Shown: piece after piece, positions 1 through 10,350 of the stretch | How the letters are laid out: each line of letters opens with the position of its first letter | How positions within the stretch are numbered: position 1 is the stretch's first letter | Source of the DNA: Eubacteriales bacterium | GTDB lineage: Bacteria > Bacillota > Clostridia > Oscillospirales > CAG-272 | Assembly (NCBI GenBank): GCA_045633665.1 | Contig: JAZQYT010000259.1 | Span: forward strand, 1-35,152 | Direction: 5' to 3' | Length of the DNA: 35,152 bases | Program-made: the position numbers and the translations under genes | Notes under the pieces: model-generated | Seen by the model: the letters and a program-made list of their open reading frames with translations, nothing else | Told to the model about the DNA's origin: nothing | Databases searched by the model: none

Positions 1-1
1 G

Positions 2-343
2 ACCGGTGTGCTGTATTGGGGCTCGACATATTGGTCTGCAGATCCTTATAACGATCTGTCCTCGACTGTGATTTCCACCGTGTACGGTGACGGTGTGCTT
101 CTTTACAGCGGAGCAGAGGTAGGCATTTACGAACCCGTATCCTCCTTTAGACTCGAGAATATCCGCATTGGTATTCAGGATTATCAGATGCTTGAAATGC
201 TGGAGCAGAGATCGGGAGAGCAGGCTGTTGACGAGATGGTGGCAATGATCACGACAGACGTGATCACCTATACCAATGATGACGATTATCTGCATGCAGT
301 ACGTGTGTTGCTTGCGGGTATGGTTGAACAGGCAACGAAATAA
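2..343 (+). CDS. DUF4091 domain-containing protein (GH123-like C-terminus), 5'-truncated by the window edge
   Basis: Frame open from position 2; motifs G-V-L-Y-W, GDGVLLY and SSFRLENIRIGIQDY match my recollection of the DUF4091 pattern (GxLxW...GDGxLxY...SxRLExxRxGxxDY). Confidence 0.7.
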   Translation, partial: TGVLYWGSTYWSADPYNDLSSTVISTVYGDGVLLYSGAEVGIYEPVSSFRLENIRIGIQDYQMLEMLEQRSGEQAVDEMVAMITTDVITYTNDDDYLHAVRVLLAGMVEQATK

Positions 344-348
344 CCCTT

Positions 349-383
349 GCAGCCGCGTGCTATTTTGGCGCGCGGCTGCTTTC
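349..383 (+). terminator. Rho-independent terminator
   Basis: GCAGCCGCGTGC (349-360) pairs with GCGCGCGGCTGC (368-379, one G-U), followed by TTTC, 6 nt after the stop codon. Confidence 0.7.
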
Positions 384-427
384 ATATTATATAATTATAA
401 ACTTTTTATAAAATATAAAGAAAGCCG

Positions 428-456
428 TTGAAATTATTGAAATGTTGTGGTATAAT
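428..456 (+). promoter_or_regulatory. sigmaA promoter of the cdaA operon
   Basis: TTGAAA (428-433), 17 bp spacer, TATAAT (451-456) with extended TG. Confidence 0.75.
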
Positions 457-492
457 GTTTAATGGTATTTTATTGCAAAGGCGGTGGTGTGA

Positions 493-1410
493 GTGATTAA
501 TTGGCAGGAACTTATGAATATGATCCGCACTTTTACGGAGGATTACATTCTTTTCCCAATCAATAACATGAACATTATTACTGACCTGCTTGACATATTA
601 CTGTTGACGGGTTTGTTGTACTACTTATATAAGTTTGTCAGACGACGCAGAGCCGGCAAATTGCTGCTGGGCATTGCGGCCTTGTTTGGCGTTTTCATGA
701 TCTGCAGCATTCTTGAAATGAAGGCTGTGGGATTGATCATGGATAACTTTTTGACGGTAGGCTTGATTGCTGTTGTGATCATCTTTCAGCCCGAATTGCG
801 TGACGCTTTAGAAACTGTGGGTAATACGTCACTCAGAATTGGCCGCTTTGGCGGAGAAAAGGTCGGAACGGAGGCTGAAATAGAGCATCTTGCTTCTGAA
901 ATTGCGTCTGCTGCATGTTCGCTTTCCTCGGAGGGCTACGGTGCGTTGATCGTCATTCAAAGAACGACTAAGCTGCAGGACTATATGGATAAGGGTGAAC
1001 GACTGGATGCCATGGTATCCGCAAAGCTGTTGCGCAACATTTTCGTCAACCGCTCTCCTTTGCATGATGGTGCCGTTATCATTGAGGGTGACCGTGTCGG
1101 GGCTGCTGCTTGCAAGCTGCCGCTTTCGGATAACGAAGATGCTGTCAGGGATCTGGGTACAAGACACCGTGCGGGTGTTGGTATTACCGAGGTGAGTGAT
1201 GCGATGGTTGTCATCGTTTCTGAAGAAAACGGTATTATCTCCGTTGCGTACAGAGGCGCTTTGTATAGAAACTACGACAATAAGAATTTGCATGATGCAC
1301 TTTATAAATTCATGGATTACAGAAAAAAGAGAGGCATCCACACAGGGCCTAAGAATAAAGCGGATTACATCATCAATGACGATGATAATAACGATGGTGA
1401 GGAGGAATGA
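493..1410 (+). CDS. cdaA: Diadenylate cyclase CdaA (DacA)
   Basis: Three N-terminal hydrophobic helices, IFQPELR motif, DAC catalytic motifs PLHDGA and LGTRHRA. Confidence 0.95.
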   Translation: MINWQELMNMIRTFTEDYILFPINNMNIITDLLDILLLTGLLYYLYKFVRRRRAGKLLLGIAALFGVFMICSILEMKAVGLIMDNFLTVGLIAVVIIFQPELRDALETVGNTSLRIGRFGGEKVGTEAEIEHLASEIASAACSLSSEGYGALIVIQRTTKLQDYMDKGERLDAMVSAKLLRNIFVNRSPLHDGAVIIEGDRVGAAACKLPLSDNEDAVRDLGTRHRAGVGITEVSDAMVVIVSEENGIISVAYRGALYRNYDNKNLHDALYKFMDYRKKRGIHTGPKNKADYIINDDDNNDGEEE

Positions 1411-2183
1411 TGATGAAAACGAACACTTCCAAAACACCAAAGATCAATGAAAAGAAGTCTGTGAGTGTCGGTACTTTGATCGTTTGCTTTTTGATCGCAT
1501 GCGGTATCTGGCTGTATGCGCAGGCGATCGATGATGATATCAACGTCAAGACCTACAATCAGCTGCCCGTGGAATTTGTTGGCGGGGAGGCATTCAAGGA
1601 AGCAACGGGTTATGACGTTCATTCCCTCAGTGTTCCCAGCGCAAATATTTCGATCAGTGGTACAAATCGTGAACTTGCAAAGCTCGATCCGCAAAGCATC
1701 AGACTGGTCGCTGATGTCAGCACCACCAATAACGGTGTTGCCACGATCAAGGCATATATGATTGACGATGACGGCAACCGAAACGAACTCAAGAATTTTG
1801 AGATAACACCAGCTGTTGTTACCGTTTACGTTGCAAAGCAGGTGCAGTTTACGGTTAAAGATATCACAGTCGATCTTGATAAAGTCACGTACAGCTATAC
1901 GCTTGATCCCACAACCACGGCGGGTACGTTTACCGTGTTTGGATCGGAACAGGAGATTTCCAAGATCAGCTACGCAATATGCGATCTGGATTATCAGAGC
2001 GTCAAGGACGTTGTGGCGGTACATAAGATTCCCGTGACTTCTGTCAGATTCTATGACGAGCAAAACAACCTTTTGTTCGGTGATGCAAACAAGAATGAAA
2101 ACGTCAAATATGACATTTCCGGTCTGGTCGTTTCACTGACCGTGGAGAGCAATCTCCCCACAGATAATGATGCTGACAAATAA
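1407..2183 (+). CDS. cdaR: CdaR/YbbR-like regulator of diadenylate cyclase
   Basis: Overlaps the cdaA stop (GGAGG 1401-1405; start may be ATG 1407, 1410 or 1413); one N-terminal TM ending in IWLYA followed by beta-rich YbbR-like segments; canonical position after cdaA. Confidence 0.75.
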   Translation: MMMKTNTSKTPKINEKKSVSVGTLIVCFLIACGIWLYAQAIDDDINVKTYNQLPVEFVGGEAFKEATGYDVHSLSVPSANISISGTNRELAKLDPQSIRLVADVSTTNNGVATIKAYMIDDDGNRNELKNFEITPAVVTVYVAKQVQFTVKDITVDLDKVTYSYTLDPTTTAGTFTVFGSEQEISKISYAICDLDYQSVKDVVAVHKIPVTSVRFYDEQNNLLFGDANKNENVKYDISGLVVSLTVESNLPTDNDADK

Positions 2184-3819
2184 CATATTCAAAAGCACCA
2201 TAGGGATGGTGATCGAATCGATCACTGTCCCTTTGGACGCACAAGAGCAAGAGATTTTTGCCAAAGCACGCCAGCGATTGAAAAGATCTCGCCTTTCCAC
2301 TGCACAGTTTCAGCTCTCTTTGTTCAAAAGATCCGTCGATGCAAGAGATCGCGGGAATATCAGATTCGTATATTCTGTGCTGGCGACAAACGTCAACGGA
2401 GAATATCCGTCCGATGCTGCTTTTTTGCAAAAAGAAAAAATCAAGCTTCTGTATGACGATACCATCGTGCCGGAATTCGGATCGGAGATCATGAAAGCAC
2501 CCCCGTTGGTCGTAGGTATGGGACCTGCAGGTCTATTTGCGGCCTTGATGCTGGCGCGAAACGGTTATCGTCCCATTATCATTGACCGAGGCGATTCGAT
2601 CGCGGATCGTGCGCGAACTGTATCCGAGTTTTATACAGCGCAACGCTTGGATACGGATTCCAACGTGCAATTCGGTGCGGGCGGTGCAGGCACGTTTTCG
2701 GACGGAAAGCTGATGACGCGTATCCATGATCCCAAATGCAGCTTCGTTTTGAATACCTTTGTAGAGCATGGTGCTCCCAAGGATATATTACTTGTGTCCA
2801 AGCCGCACGTCGGAACAGATCTGTTGCGAGGCGTGGTTGACAGCATGCTGCAGGAGATCAAGCGCCTTGGCGGTACTGTGCAATACCGTTGCAGATTGGA
2901 CAGCTTTGATCAGAGTGCCGACGGAACCGTGGTGGCACATACGACCTCCGGAGATATTTTTTGCAGCTCTGTGATCCTTGCTATCGGACACAGCGCAAGA
3001 GATACGTATCAAATGCTGCTGCAAAAGCAGATGCAGCTTGTGGCAAAGCCGATCTCCGTAGGCGTCAGAATTGAGCATCTGGTAACGGATATTGACAAGG
3101 CTTTGTACGGGGATTTTGCAGGACATCCTGCCCTTGGCCATGCCGAATATGCGCTTTCGGATACAAGGACGCAAAGAGGTGTATATACGTTTTGCATGTG
3201 TCCGGGCGGCGAGGTCATGGCAGCCGCATCGGAAGAAAACAGATTAGTGGTCAACGGAATGAGCTATCGGGCAAGAGACGGTCGCAATTCCAATGCCGCA
3301 GTAGTCGTTTCGCTCGGATGTGAGGACTTTGAGCCGATAAACGGTAGTCTTGTAGAAGGCGCTATCGCGCTGCAAAGAAAGATTGAAGAACAGGCTTACG
3401 TCGCAGGAGGCTCGGATTATTGCGCGCCCGTGCAGACGGTCGGTGACTATTTGTGCGGTAAGGTGATGCATGAGCCTGCAAGAATTCAGCCTACTTATAT
3501 GAATGGCAGATGCCGTGTCTCAGACCTTTCTACTGTGTTTCCGGATGCAGTAAATACCACGTTGCGTTACGGATTGCAAGTGTTCGACAAAAAAATAGAT
3601 GGTTTTGCGGCTTCCGATGCAGTGTTGACGGGAGCAGAAACAAGAACCAGCGCCCCTGTGCGCATTTCCAGAACACAAGAGGGAACCGCTATCGGTTTTT
3701 CATACGTATATCCTTGCGGAGAAGGTGCGGGATATGCAGGTGGGATTACCAGTGCCGCAGTTGACGGCGTTCGCACAGCGCTTGCAATTATGAAGCGCTA
3801 TGCGCCAAATAAGGATTAA
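2167..3819 (+). CDS. Uncharacterised FAD/NAD(P)-dependent oxidoreductase (COG2509-like)
   Basis: VVGMGPAG Rossmann motif, GAGGAGTFSDGKL, TFCMCPGG, ETRTSAPVRI, GEGAGYAGGI. True start may be ATG 2206. Confidence 0.88.
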   Translation: MMLTNNIFKSTIGMVIESITVPLDAQEQEIFAKARQRLKRSRLSTAQFQLSLFKRSVDARDRGNIRFVYSVLATNVNGEYPSDAAFLQKEKIKLLYDDTIVPEFGSEIMKAPPLVVGMGPAGLFAALMLARNGYRPIIIDRGDSIADRARTVSEFYTAQRLDTDSNVQFGAGGAGTFSDGKLMTRIHDPKCSFVLNTFVEHGAPKDILLVSKPHVGTDLLRGVVDSMLQEIKRLGGTVQYRCRLDSFDQSADGTVVAHTTSGDIFCSSVILAIGHSARDTYQMLLQKQMQLVAKPISVGVRIEHLVTDIDKALYGDFAGHPALGHAEYALSDTRTQRGVYTFCMCPGGEVMAAASEENRLVVNGMSYRARDGRNSNAAVVVSLGCEDFEPINGSLVEGAIALQRKIEEQAYVAGGSDYCAPVQTVGDYLCGKVMHEPARIQPTYMNGRCRVSDLSTVFPDAVNTTLRYGLQVFDKKIDGFAASDAVLTGAETRTSAPVRISRTQEGTAIGFSYVYPCGEGAGYAGGITSAAVDGVRTALAIMKRYAPNKD

Positions 3820-3915
3820 AAACAAAAAATATAAGAATTAGATGCGTTTAGTGTGGTACTTTGGTGCCGATGTGACCAAGGGGATCATAAAACGAATTGG
3901 ATGAAGGAATTTAAT

Positions 3916-6105
3916 ATGAATGAAATGAGACGAGAACGTGTGTGGTCGTTGCTCTACTCGCCCGACTGTGGAGAAAAGGATAAAAAGATTGCACACATTT
4001 CACAAGCGATCGGTGTTTCGCCTATCACAGCACGTCTTCTGTATAACAGAGGATATGATACACCGGAAAAAGCATACGCGTTTATCAATACCGATATCTC
4101 TGCATTACACGATCCTTATTTGATGAAGGACATGGATAAAGCTGTTGCTCGAATCTTTAAGGCTGTGGAAGACGGTGAGACCATCGCGATTTACGGAGAT
4201 TATGACGTTGATGGAGTTACCTCGGTCACATCTATTTATCTGTACCTCAAGAGCAAGGGGGCAGATGTCGTTTATTACATTCCCAGTCGTGATAAGGAAG
4301 GATACGGACTTTGTAACGCGGCAATTGACGTGCTTGCAGAGCATGACGTAAGCCTGATCATTACGGTGGATACAGGAATAACAGCCGATCAAGAGGTGCT
4401 TTATGCCGAATCTTTGGGTGTAGATATGGTGATTACCGACCACCACGAATGTCGATCCGTTTTGCCGGATGCGTGTGCTGTCGTCAATCCGCACAGACCG
4501 GATTGTCCATATCCTTTCAAAGAGTTGGCCGGCGTGGGCGTGGTGTTCAAGCTGATCTGCGCTTATGAGATCAGCGAGTGCAAAAAACGCGGAATTGACG
4601 CAAGGGAGGCAGTTGAAGCCGTTTGCAGAGATTACGTTGATCTGACGGCGATCGGAACGATTGCGGACGTTATGCCCATCATTGATGAGAACAGATATAT
4701 AGTAGCCGTCGGCTTATCCGCTGTAGAAAATACGGAAAGATGCGGACTGAACGCTCTGATCGAGGCATCGTCGTATAACCCGAACGCAAGACAGGATCAG
4801 CCGCCGAAGAGAAAGAAAATTACGTCCGGCTTTATTGGCTACGGAATAGCACCGCGTATCAATGCGGCAGGACGAATCAGCAGCGCGATCAAGGCTGTTG
4901 AGCTTTTGCTTGAAGAAGATCCCGAAATGGCAAGGCAAAGAGCAGAAGAGCTTTGCGCGATAAATACAAAGCGACAGATCGAAGAAAACAGAATAGCCGA
5001 GCAGGCCTATAAGATCATTGAGCAGGAGCATGACTTTATCAATGACAGAGTGATCGTGCTGCAGGATGACTCCTGGCAACAGGGTATCATCGGCATCGTG
5101 TCCTCCAGAATTACGGAAAAATTCGGTCTGCCCTCGGTGCTTATCTCGTTCGACGGAGCAACGCGCGGATATGCAAGTCTGGACGACGTGGGTAAGGGCT
5201 CTGGCAGAAGCGTCAAGGGGATGAATCTTGTGGACGCACTGACCTATTGCAGCGATCTTTTAGCCAGATACGGAGGCCATGAATTGGCTGCCGGATTGTC
5301 TATTGCGAGATGCAATATAGACGAATTCAAAAAGAGGATCAACCAATATGCTAGAGAGAATCTGGACAGCGATGCTTTGGATATTTGCTATGAAGCCGAT
5401 TGCGAGGTGGACGTCAACAGTCTGACTATGCCGTTGGCTGCTGAGCTTTCAAGGCTCGAACCGTTTGGTGTTGCCAACCCGACTCCCGAGTTGGTGACCA
5501 GAAATCTTACGATCTATAAGGTGATCCCGTTAGGTGCGGGAAAGCATTGTAAGGTCATTCTTGCCAAGGATGGCTTGCAGATGCAGGCCGTGTGGTTTGG
5601 TGTGCCTGCTTCCACCTTTCCGTTCAGCGTTTCGGATTGCGTTGACGTAATGTTCCAGCTGAGCATCAATGAATATCAGAACGTCAAGAGCCTGCAGCTG
5701 ATCGTAAAGGATATGCGTATTTCGGATGAATATGCCGTAAAATGCAAGTGGGAAAAGGAAAGATATCAGCAGATCCTGGACGGAGCCACGGTTTCTCCTG
5801 CCGAAAACGTTATCCCGAACAGGGAAGATATTGCGGAGGTATACAAGCTTTTGCGCAGGGAATGCCGCATAGGCCACAATACCTTCTCACATAAAACGTT
5901 GCTTTCAACCTTGAATATGACGTCTGCCTTGCAGATCAATTATATCAAGCTGAAATACATCATCAATATACTCAAGGAGCTTGATCTTTGCGGCGTCAAG
6001 GAACCCAGTGACAATCTTTATATATTTGACGTATACTGTAACGCTGCAAAGACAAATATTGAAAACTCGGAGATTTTGAAAAGATTACGCGCACAATGTA
6101 AGTGA
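3916..6105 (+). CDS. recJ: Single-stranded DNA exonuclease RecJ
   Basis: DHH motifs YGDYDVDG, ITVDTG, ITDHH, GTIADV, PRINAAGR, GSGRS, GGHELAAG; start set at ATG 3916 after AAGGA. Confidence 0.95.
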   Translation: MNEMRRERVWSLLYSPDCGEKDKKIAHISQAIGVSPITARLLYNRGYDTPEKAYAFINTDISALHDPYLMKDMDKAVARIFKAVEDGETIAIYGDYDVDGVTSVTSIYLYLKSKGADVVYYIPSRDKEGYGLCNAAIDVLAEHDVSLIITVDTGITADQEVLYAESLGVDMVITDHHECRSVLPDACAVVNPHRPDCPYPFKELAGVGVVFKLICAYEISECKKRGIDAREAVEAVCRDYVDLTAIGTIADVMPIIDENRYIVAVGLSAVENTERCGLNALIEASSYNPNARQDQPPKRKKITSGFIGYGIAPRINAAGRISSAIKAVELLLEEDPEMARQRAEELCAINTKRQIEENRIAEQAYKIIEQEHDFINDRVIVLQDDSWQQGIIGIVSSRITEKFGLPSVLISFDGATRGYASLDDVGKGSGRSVKGMNLVDALTYCSDLLARYGGHELAAGLSIARCNIDEFKKRINQYARENLDSDALDICYEADCEVDVNSLTMPLAAELSRLEPFGVANPTPELVTRNLTIYKVIPLGAGKHCKVILAKDGLQMQAVWFGVPASTFPFSVSDCVDVMFQLSINEYQNVKSLQLIVKDMRISDEYAVKCKWEKERYQQILDGATVSPAENVIPNREDIAEVYKLLRRECRIGHNTFSHKTLLSTLNMTSALQINYIKLKYIINILKELDLCGVKEPSDNLYIFDVYCNAAKTNIENSEILKRLRAQCK

Positions 6106-6136
6106 TCCTTTCAGAAGGAAATTTAGAGGAACGACT

Positions 6137-8365
6137 ATGCAAAACACTGTTCACACAGACATTACTCGTTTGCTTGACATACTCAAGGCAACGGGCAAAA
6201 AATACGACATTGAAAAGATCAAGCATGCATTTGTGTATGCGGACAATCTGCATGAAGGTCAGTACCGTGCAAGCGGTGAGAAGTATATTTCGCACCCTGT
6301 TGCCGTAGCGGAGATCGTTGCGGGACTTGAGCTTGATACGGACTCTATTTGTGCTGCACTTCTGCATGATACGGTAGAGGACTGCGCTGATAAGACCAAT
6401 CTCAAGGAAATCGAAAAGCTGTTTGGTAAGGACGTAGCGATCCTGGTTGACGGTCTTACCAAGATCGTGACCTTGCAGGTAGAGGACAAAGAAGAGGCGC
6501 ATATTGAAAACCTGCGCAAAATGCTTTTGGCCATGTCCAAGGACGTGCGCGTGATTTTCATCAAGCTGTGTGACCGATTGCATAACATGAGAACTTTGGA
6601 TGCAAAGCCTGATAACAAGCGCAGAATCACCGCGCTTGAAACCATGCAGGTCTATGCACCGCTTGCGCATCGTCTTGGTATGCAAAAGATCAAGCAGGAG
6701 CTGGAAAATCTCGGTGTTCGTTATCTTGATCCTATCGGTTACGAAGAGGTAAGAAGCGGTATTGAGAAAAAATACGGCCAAAGCTTGAACTTTATTGAAA
6801 ACATCCGTCAGACGGTTGGCGCAAAGCTTGAAGAGAACAATATTTCCTATACGCTTGAGGGAAGAATCAAAACTGTTTACAGTATCTATAAAAAGATGTT
6901 TTCTCAGGGCAAAATGTTCGATGAGATTTACGACTTTTATGCAATGAGAATCATCGTGGATACCGAGCTTGAATGCTATACTGTTTTGGGTATCATTCAC
7001 GAGATGTTCAATTCCATGCCGGGCAGATTCAAGGATTATATTTCCACGCCCAAGCCCAATATGTACAGATCTCTGCACACGACGGTTATCGGTCGATCCG
7101 GTATTCCTTTTGAGGTACAGATCAGAACCTGGGAGATGCACCATATTGCGGAATACGGTATCGCAGCGCATTGGAAATATAAGTCGGGGGCTACCTCCAA
7201 GGAGGACATGGATAAGAAGCTGGAGTGGATCGCCCGTCTGATCGAAACCGAGGACGGTGCACGTGATCCCGATGAGTTTATGCATGCACTCAAAACGGAC
7301 ATCTTCCATGACGAGGTGTTCGTATTTACGCCCAAGGGTGACGTGATCGCGTTGCCTCAGGGTGCAACAGCCATTGACTTTGCATATGCCATTCACTCTG
7401 CCGTAGGCAACAAGATGATCGGTGCCAAGATCAACGGCAGTATCGTGCCGATCGACCGTGTGCTTGAAAACGGTGAGATCGTTGAGGTACTGACATCCTC
7501 GTCGTCCAGAGGCCCTAGTCGCGATTGGCTGAGCATTGTCAAGACGGGTGAGGCGAGAGCTAAGATCCGTCAATGGTATAAAAGAGAGAAGAGAACGGAG
7601 AACATTGTTGAGGGAAAAGCACAGTTTGAGGCAGAGATCAAAAAAACGCTCAGCAAAGTATCCGAAAACGTTCGCAACGAGATCTGTGCCAATATTGCAC
7701 AGCGTATCGGCTTTGCAAGCGCGGATGACCTTTATAATGAGATCGGTTACGGTGGTCTTTCCATCTCAAAGCTTGCCAACAAGATCAAAGAAGAGGCTGC
7801 AAAGTATTTGACCGTTGAGCCGGAGCAGATACCGGAGATTACCGAAAGCGATATGATCGCGGCTCCCTCCAAGATCAAAAACGTTCGCTCCAACAGCGGC
7901 ATTATTGTGGACGGTGAATCCGGATGTCAGGTCAAGTTCGCAAAATGCTGCAATCCGTTGCCCGGTGATCGAGTCATTGGATTTATTACCAAGGGCTACG
8001 GTATCTCGATCCATAAGTGCGATTGCCCCAACGTGATCAATATCATTGACAATACCGAATATGCCGACCGTTGGGTAAAGGCGGAGTGGGAAACTTCGCA
8101 GAGCGATTCCGGCGGCATTGGCGTTTATGAGGCGTTCATTCAGCTGCATTCCGAGGACAGAATCGGCATGCTTGCTGATATTGCGACTGCTCTTGCGGAT
8201 ATGCGCGTTGCTATACTTTCGGTCAACTCTCAAAAGAGAACCAACGGTATGGTCATTATCAATCTGAAGGTCAGCTGTAAAAATACGGATCATTATCAGT
8301 CGATTATGTCAAGGCTCAAGGGGCTTGGCGGCGTAGTTGACGTAGTAAGAGGATATTCATCATGA
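6137..8365 (+). CDS. relA: Bifunctional (p)ppGpp synthetase/hydrolase Rel (RelA/SpoT)
   Basis: HD hydrolase motif ALLHDTVED; synthetase motifs RFKDYI and EVQIRT; TGS (FTPKGD), CC (AKCCNPLPGD) and C-terminal ACT domains. Confidence 0.97.
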   Translation: MQNTVHTDITRLLDILKATGKKYDIEKIKHAFVYADNLHEGQYRASGEKYISHPVAVAEIVAGLELDTDSICAALLHDTVEDCADKTNLKEIEKLFGKDVAILVDGLTKIVTLQVEDKEEAHIENLRKMLLAMSKDVRVIFIKLCDRLHNMRTLDAKPDNKRRITALETMQVYAPLAHRLGMQKIKQELENLGVRYLDPIGYEEVRSGIEKKYGQSLNFIENIRQTVGAKLEENNISYTLEGRIKTVYSIYKKMFSQGKMFDEIYDFYAMRIIVDTELECYTVLGIIHEMFNSMPGRFKDYISTPKPNMYRSLHTTVIGRSGIPFEVQIRTWEMHHIAEYGIAAHWKYKSGATSKEDMDKKLEWIARLIETEDGARDPDEFMHALKTDIFHDEVFVFTPKGDVIALPQGATAIDFAYAIHSAVGNKMIGAKINGSIVPIDRVLENGEIVEVLTSSSSRGPSRDWLSIVKTGEARAKIRQWYKREKRTENIVEGKAQFEAEIKKTLSKVSENVRNEICANIAQRIGFASADDLYNEIGYGGLSISKLANKIKEEAAKYLTVEPEQIPEITESDMIAAPSKIKNVRSNSGIIVDGESGCQVKFAKCCNPLPGDRVIGFITKGYGISIHKCDCPNVINIIDNTEYADRWVKAEWETSQSDSGGIGVYEAFIQLHSEDRIGMLADIATALADMRVAILSVNSQKRTNGMVIINLKVSCKNTDHYQSIMSRLKGLGGVVDVVRGYSS

Positions 8366-8823
8366 AAGCAGTATTACAAAGAGTCAAGCAGGCAAAGGTA
8401 GAGGTTGACGGAGCCGTAATAGGCGAGTGCGGCAACGGCTTGATGATCCTTTTGGGTGTTGCCAAAGGAGACACCGAAGAAGACGCAAGGCTTTTGGCAG
8501 AAAAAATCGTCAAGCATAGAATTTTTCGCGATGAAAACGGAAAGATGAATCTCTCTGTTAAGGATATTGACGGAGAATTGCTGGTCGTATCGCAGTTTAC
8601 ACTGCTTGCGGAGTACCGACATGGAAATCGCCCCGATTTCTTTGGCTCTGCCGCCCCGGACGAAGCAAACAGACTTTACGAGTATTTTATTTCTCTGGTT
8701 TCACAGCACGTACGACACGTAGGACACGGTGAATTTGGTGCCGATATGGACGTGACGCTGACTAACTGGGGGCCTGTTACCATAGTGATGGACAGTGATG
8801 TCCTGAAAAACAAAGGAAAGTAA
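8362..8823 (+). CDS. dtd: D-aminoacyl-tRNA deacylase
   Basis: MKAVLQRV start, SQFTL and NWGPVT motifs; ATGA overlap with rel. Confidence 0.97.
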   Translation: MKAVLQRVKQAKVEVDGAVIGECGNGLMILLGVAKGDTEEDARLLAEKIVKHRIFRDENGKMNLSVKDIDGELLVVSQFTLLAEYRHGNRPDFFGSAAPDEANRLYEYFISLVSQHVRHVGHGEFGADMDVTLTNWGPVTIVMDSDVLKNKGK

Positions 8824-8827
8824 GAAT

Positions 8828-10324
8828 ATGAAACTGATCATAGACGGACAAGTAAACGTATACTATGTCCAAACACTATGTATGATATTTTATCCCGGAG
8901 AAAAATTTTCCGAGGATCAGGAGATCGCGTCAACCACGCCCGTATTGAAATTGGACGTAAAGAACGATGACGCTGGTTACACGATCAATGCTGTACTGAC
9001 ACAGGGCGAAAAACAAGCACAGGCGGAGCGTTTTTATGCGTACCGCGATGACGTTGACAAGGATAAACTGCTCAAGCTCGCCTTAGGTGATGCTGTTTTG
9101 GCTGTTTGCGGTGAGGTTTGCGGCTACCGTCCTTCTTGGGGAATGCTGACTGGTGTTCGTCCTTCAAAGGTTGCAACGGATCTTTTGAAGAAGGGTGTAA
9201 GCAAAACCCGCGTCAAAAAAATCCTGACAAATGAATATTTTGTGATTCCCAAAAAAGCCGCTTTGGCAACTGAGGTGGCATTGAATGAAGCAAAGATCAT
9301 CGCAACTCCAAAGAAGAAGGATTGCAGTGTGTATATTTCCATACCTTTCTGTCCGACGAGATGTGCGTATTGCTCGTTCGTGTCGTATACGTCCAAGCGC
9401 TTGCTCTCTTTGATTCCCGATTACCTGGCAAAGTTGTGCGACGAGGTCAAGAGTGTATTTGCCTGCATTGACCGCTTGGGACTGCACGTTAAAACCGTCT
9501 ATATCGGCGGCGGTACGCCTACGATTCTGTCTGCGGATCAGTTGAGAATGCTTTTGTCCGTGATTGCCGAATCTACCGACGTGTCCAAGCTTGAAGAGTA
9601 TACGCTGGAATCGGGCAGACCTGATACGATTACGGTGGAAAAATTTGCGGTGGCAAAGCAATACGGTGTCAACCGTGTCAGCGTCAATCCGCAGATATTG
9701 TGCGATGAGGTTTTGGAGGGCATTGGCAGAGGACATAAGAGCGAGGAGTTCTTCAAGGCTTTCGAGATTGCAAGAGAAGCCGACTTCAAGGTCATCAATA
9801 CGGACCTGATCGCGGGCTTGCCCGGGGATAAATTTTCAACCTTTGCGGCTTCTTATGATCAGATACTGGCACTTCGCCCCGAAAATATCACTGTTCATAC
9901 GTTTTGCGTAAAGAAATCTGCGGAAATTCTGCAAAAGGATTCCAAGGTATATGATATTCGCGGCGGAGATACGGGGAAGTGCGTGGATTACTCGCAGATC
10001 AAGGCAATGCATGAAGGCTATAAGCCTTATTATATGTACCGTCAGAAGAACACGGTAGGAAACTATGAAAACGTAGGTCTTGCAACCGAAGGCAACGAAG
10101 GACTTTACAACATCTACATGATGGAAGAGGTTCATTCCATTTTTGCGGCAGGCGCGGGTGCTGTGACCAAGGCGGTTGACTACATCCCGATTGACGGAAG
10201 CAAGCCTTTTATCAAGAGATTTTTCAATGACAAGTATCCCTATGAATATCTGAAAAACGAAAACTCTGAACAAAAATTCAAGGAAATAGAGCAATTCTAT
10301 CAAGACCGAGGCCTTTTGAATTAA
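8828..10324 (+). CDS. hemZ: HemZ-family radical SAM protein (coproporphyrinogen dehydrogenase-like)
   Basis: WGMLTGVRP, CPTRCAYC (CxxxCxxC), YIGGGTPT, PYYMYRQKN; usual position after rel-dtd. Confidence 0.9.
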   Translation: MKLIIDGQVNVYYVQTLCMIFYPGEKFSEDQEIASTTPVLKLDVKNDDAGYTINAVLTQGEKQAQAERFYAYRDDVDKDKLLKLALGDAVLAVCGEVCGYRPSWGMLTGVRPSKVATDLLKKGVSKTRVKKILTNEYFVIPKKAALATEVALNEAKIIATPKKKDCSVYISIPFCPTRCAYCSFVSYTSKRLLSLIPDYLAKLCDEVKSVFACIDRLGLHVKTVYIGGGTPTILSADQLRMLLSVIAESTDVSKLEEYTLESGRPDTITVEKFAVAKQYGVNRVSVNPQILCDEVLEGIGRGHKSEEFFKAFEIAREADFKVINTDLIAGLPGDKFSTFAASYDQILALRPENITVHTFCVKKSAEILQKDSKVYDIRGGDTGKCVDYSQIKAMHEGYKPYYMYRQKNTVGNYENVGLATEGNEGLYNIYMMEEVHSIFAAGAGAVTKAVDYIPIDGSKPFIKRFFNDKYPYEYLKNENSEQKFKEIEQFYQDRGLLN

Positions 10325-10350
10325 TCACTTGCTTTTACAAGGAGTTCTAC

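Noticed and set aside
381-427. AT-rich tract as a possible dif site or origin
   Set aside because: No TTATGTTAA-type XerD arm or DnaA-box cluster; fits an UP element of the cdaA promoter.
1372-1415. GAT/AAT triplet run at the cdaA 3' end
   Set aside because: Encodes an acidic tail and contains the cdaR RBS and start; not a phase-variable repeat.
5996-7573. 525-aa ORF antisense to rel
   Set aside because: In-register shadow of a highly conserved gene; no domain features.
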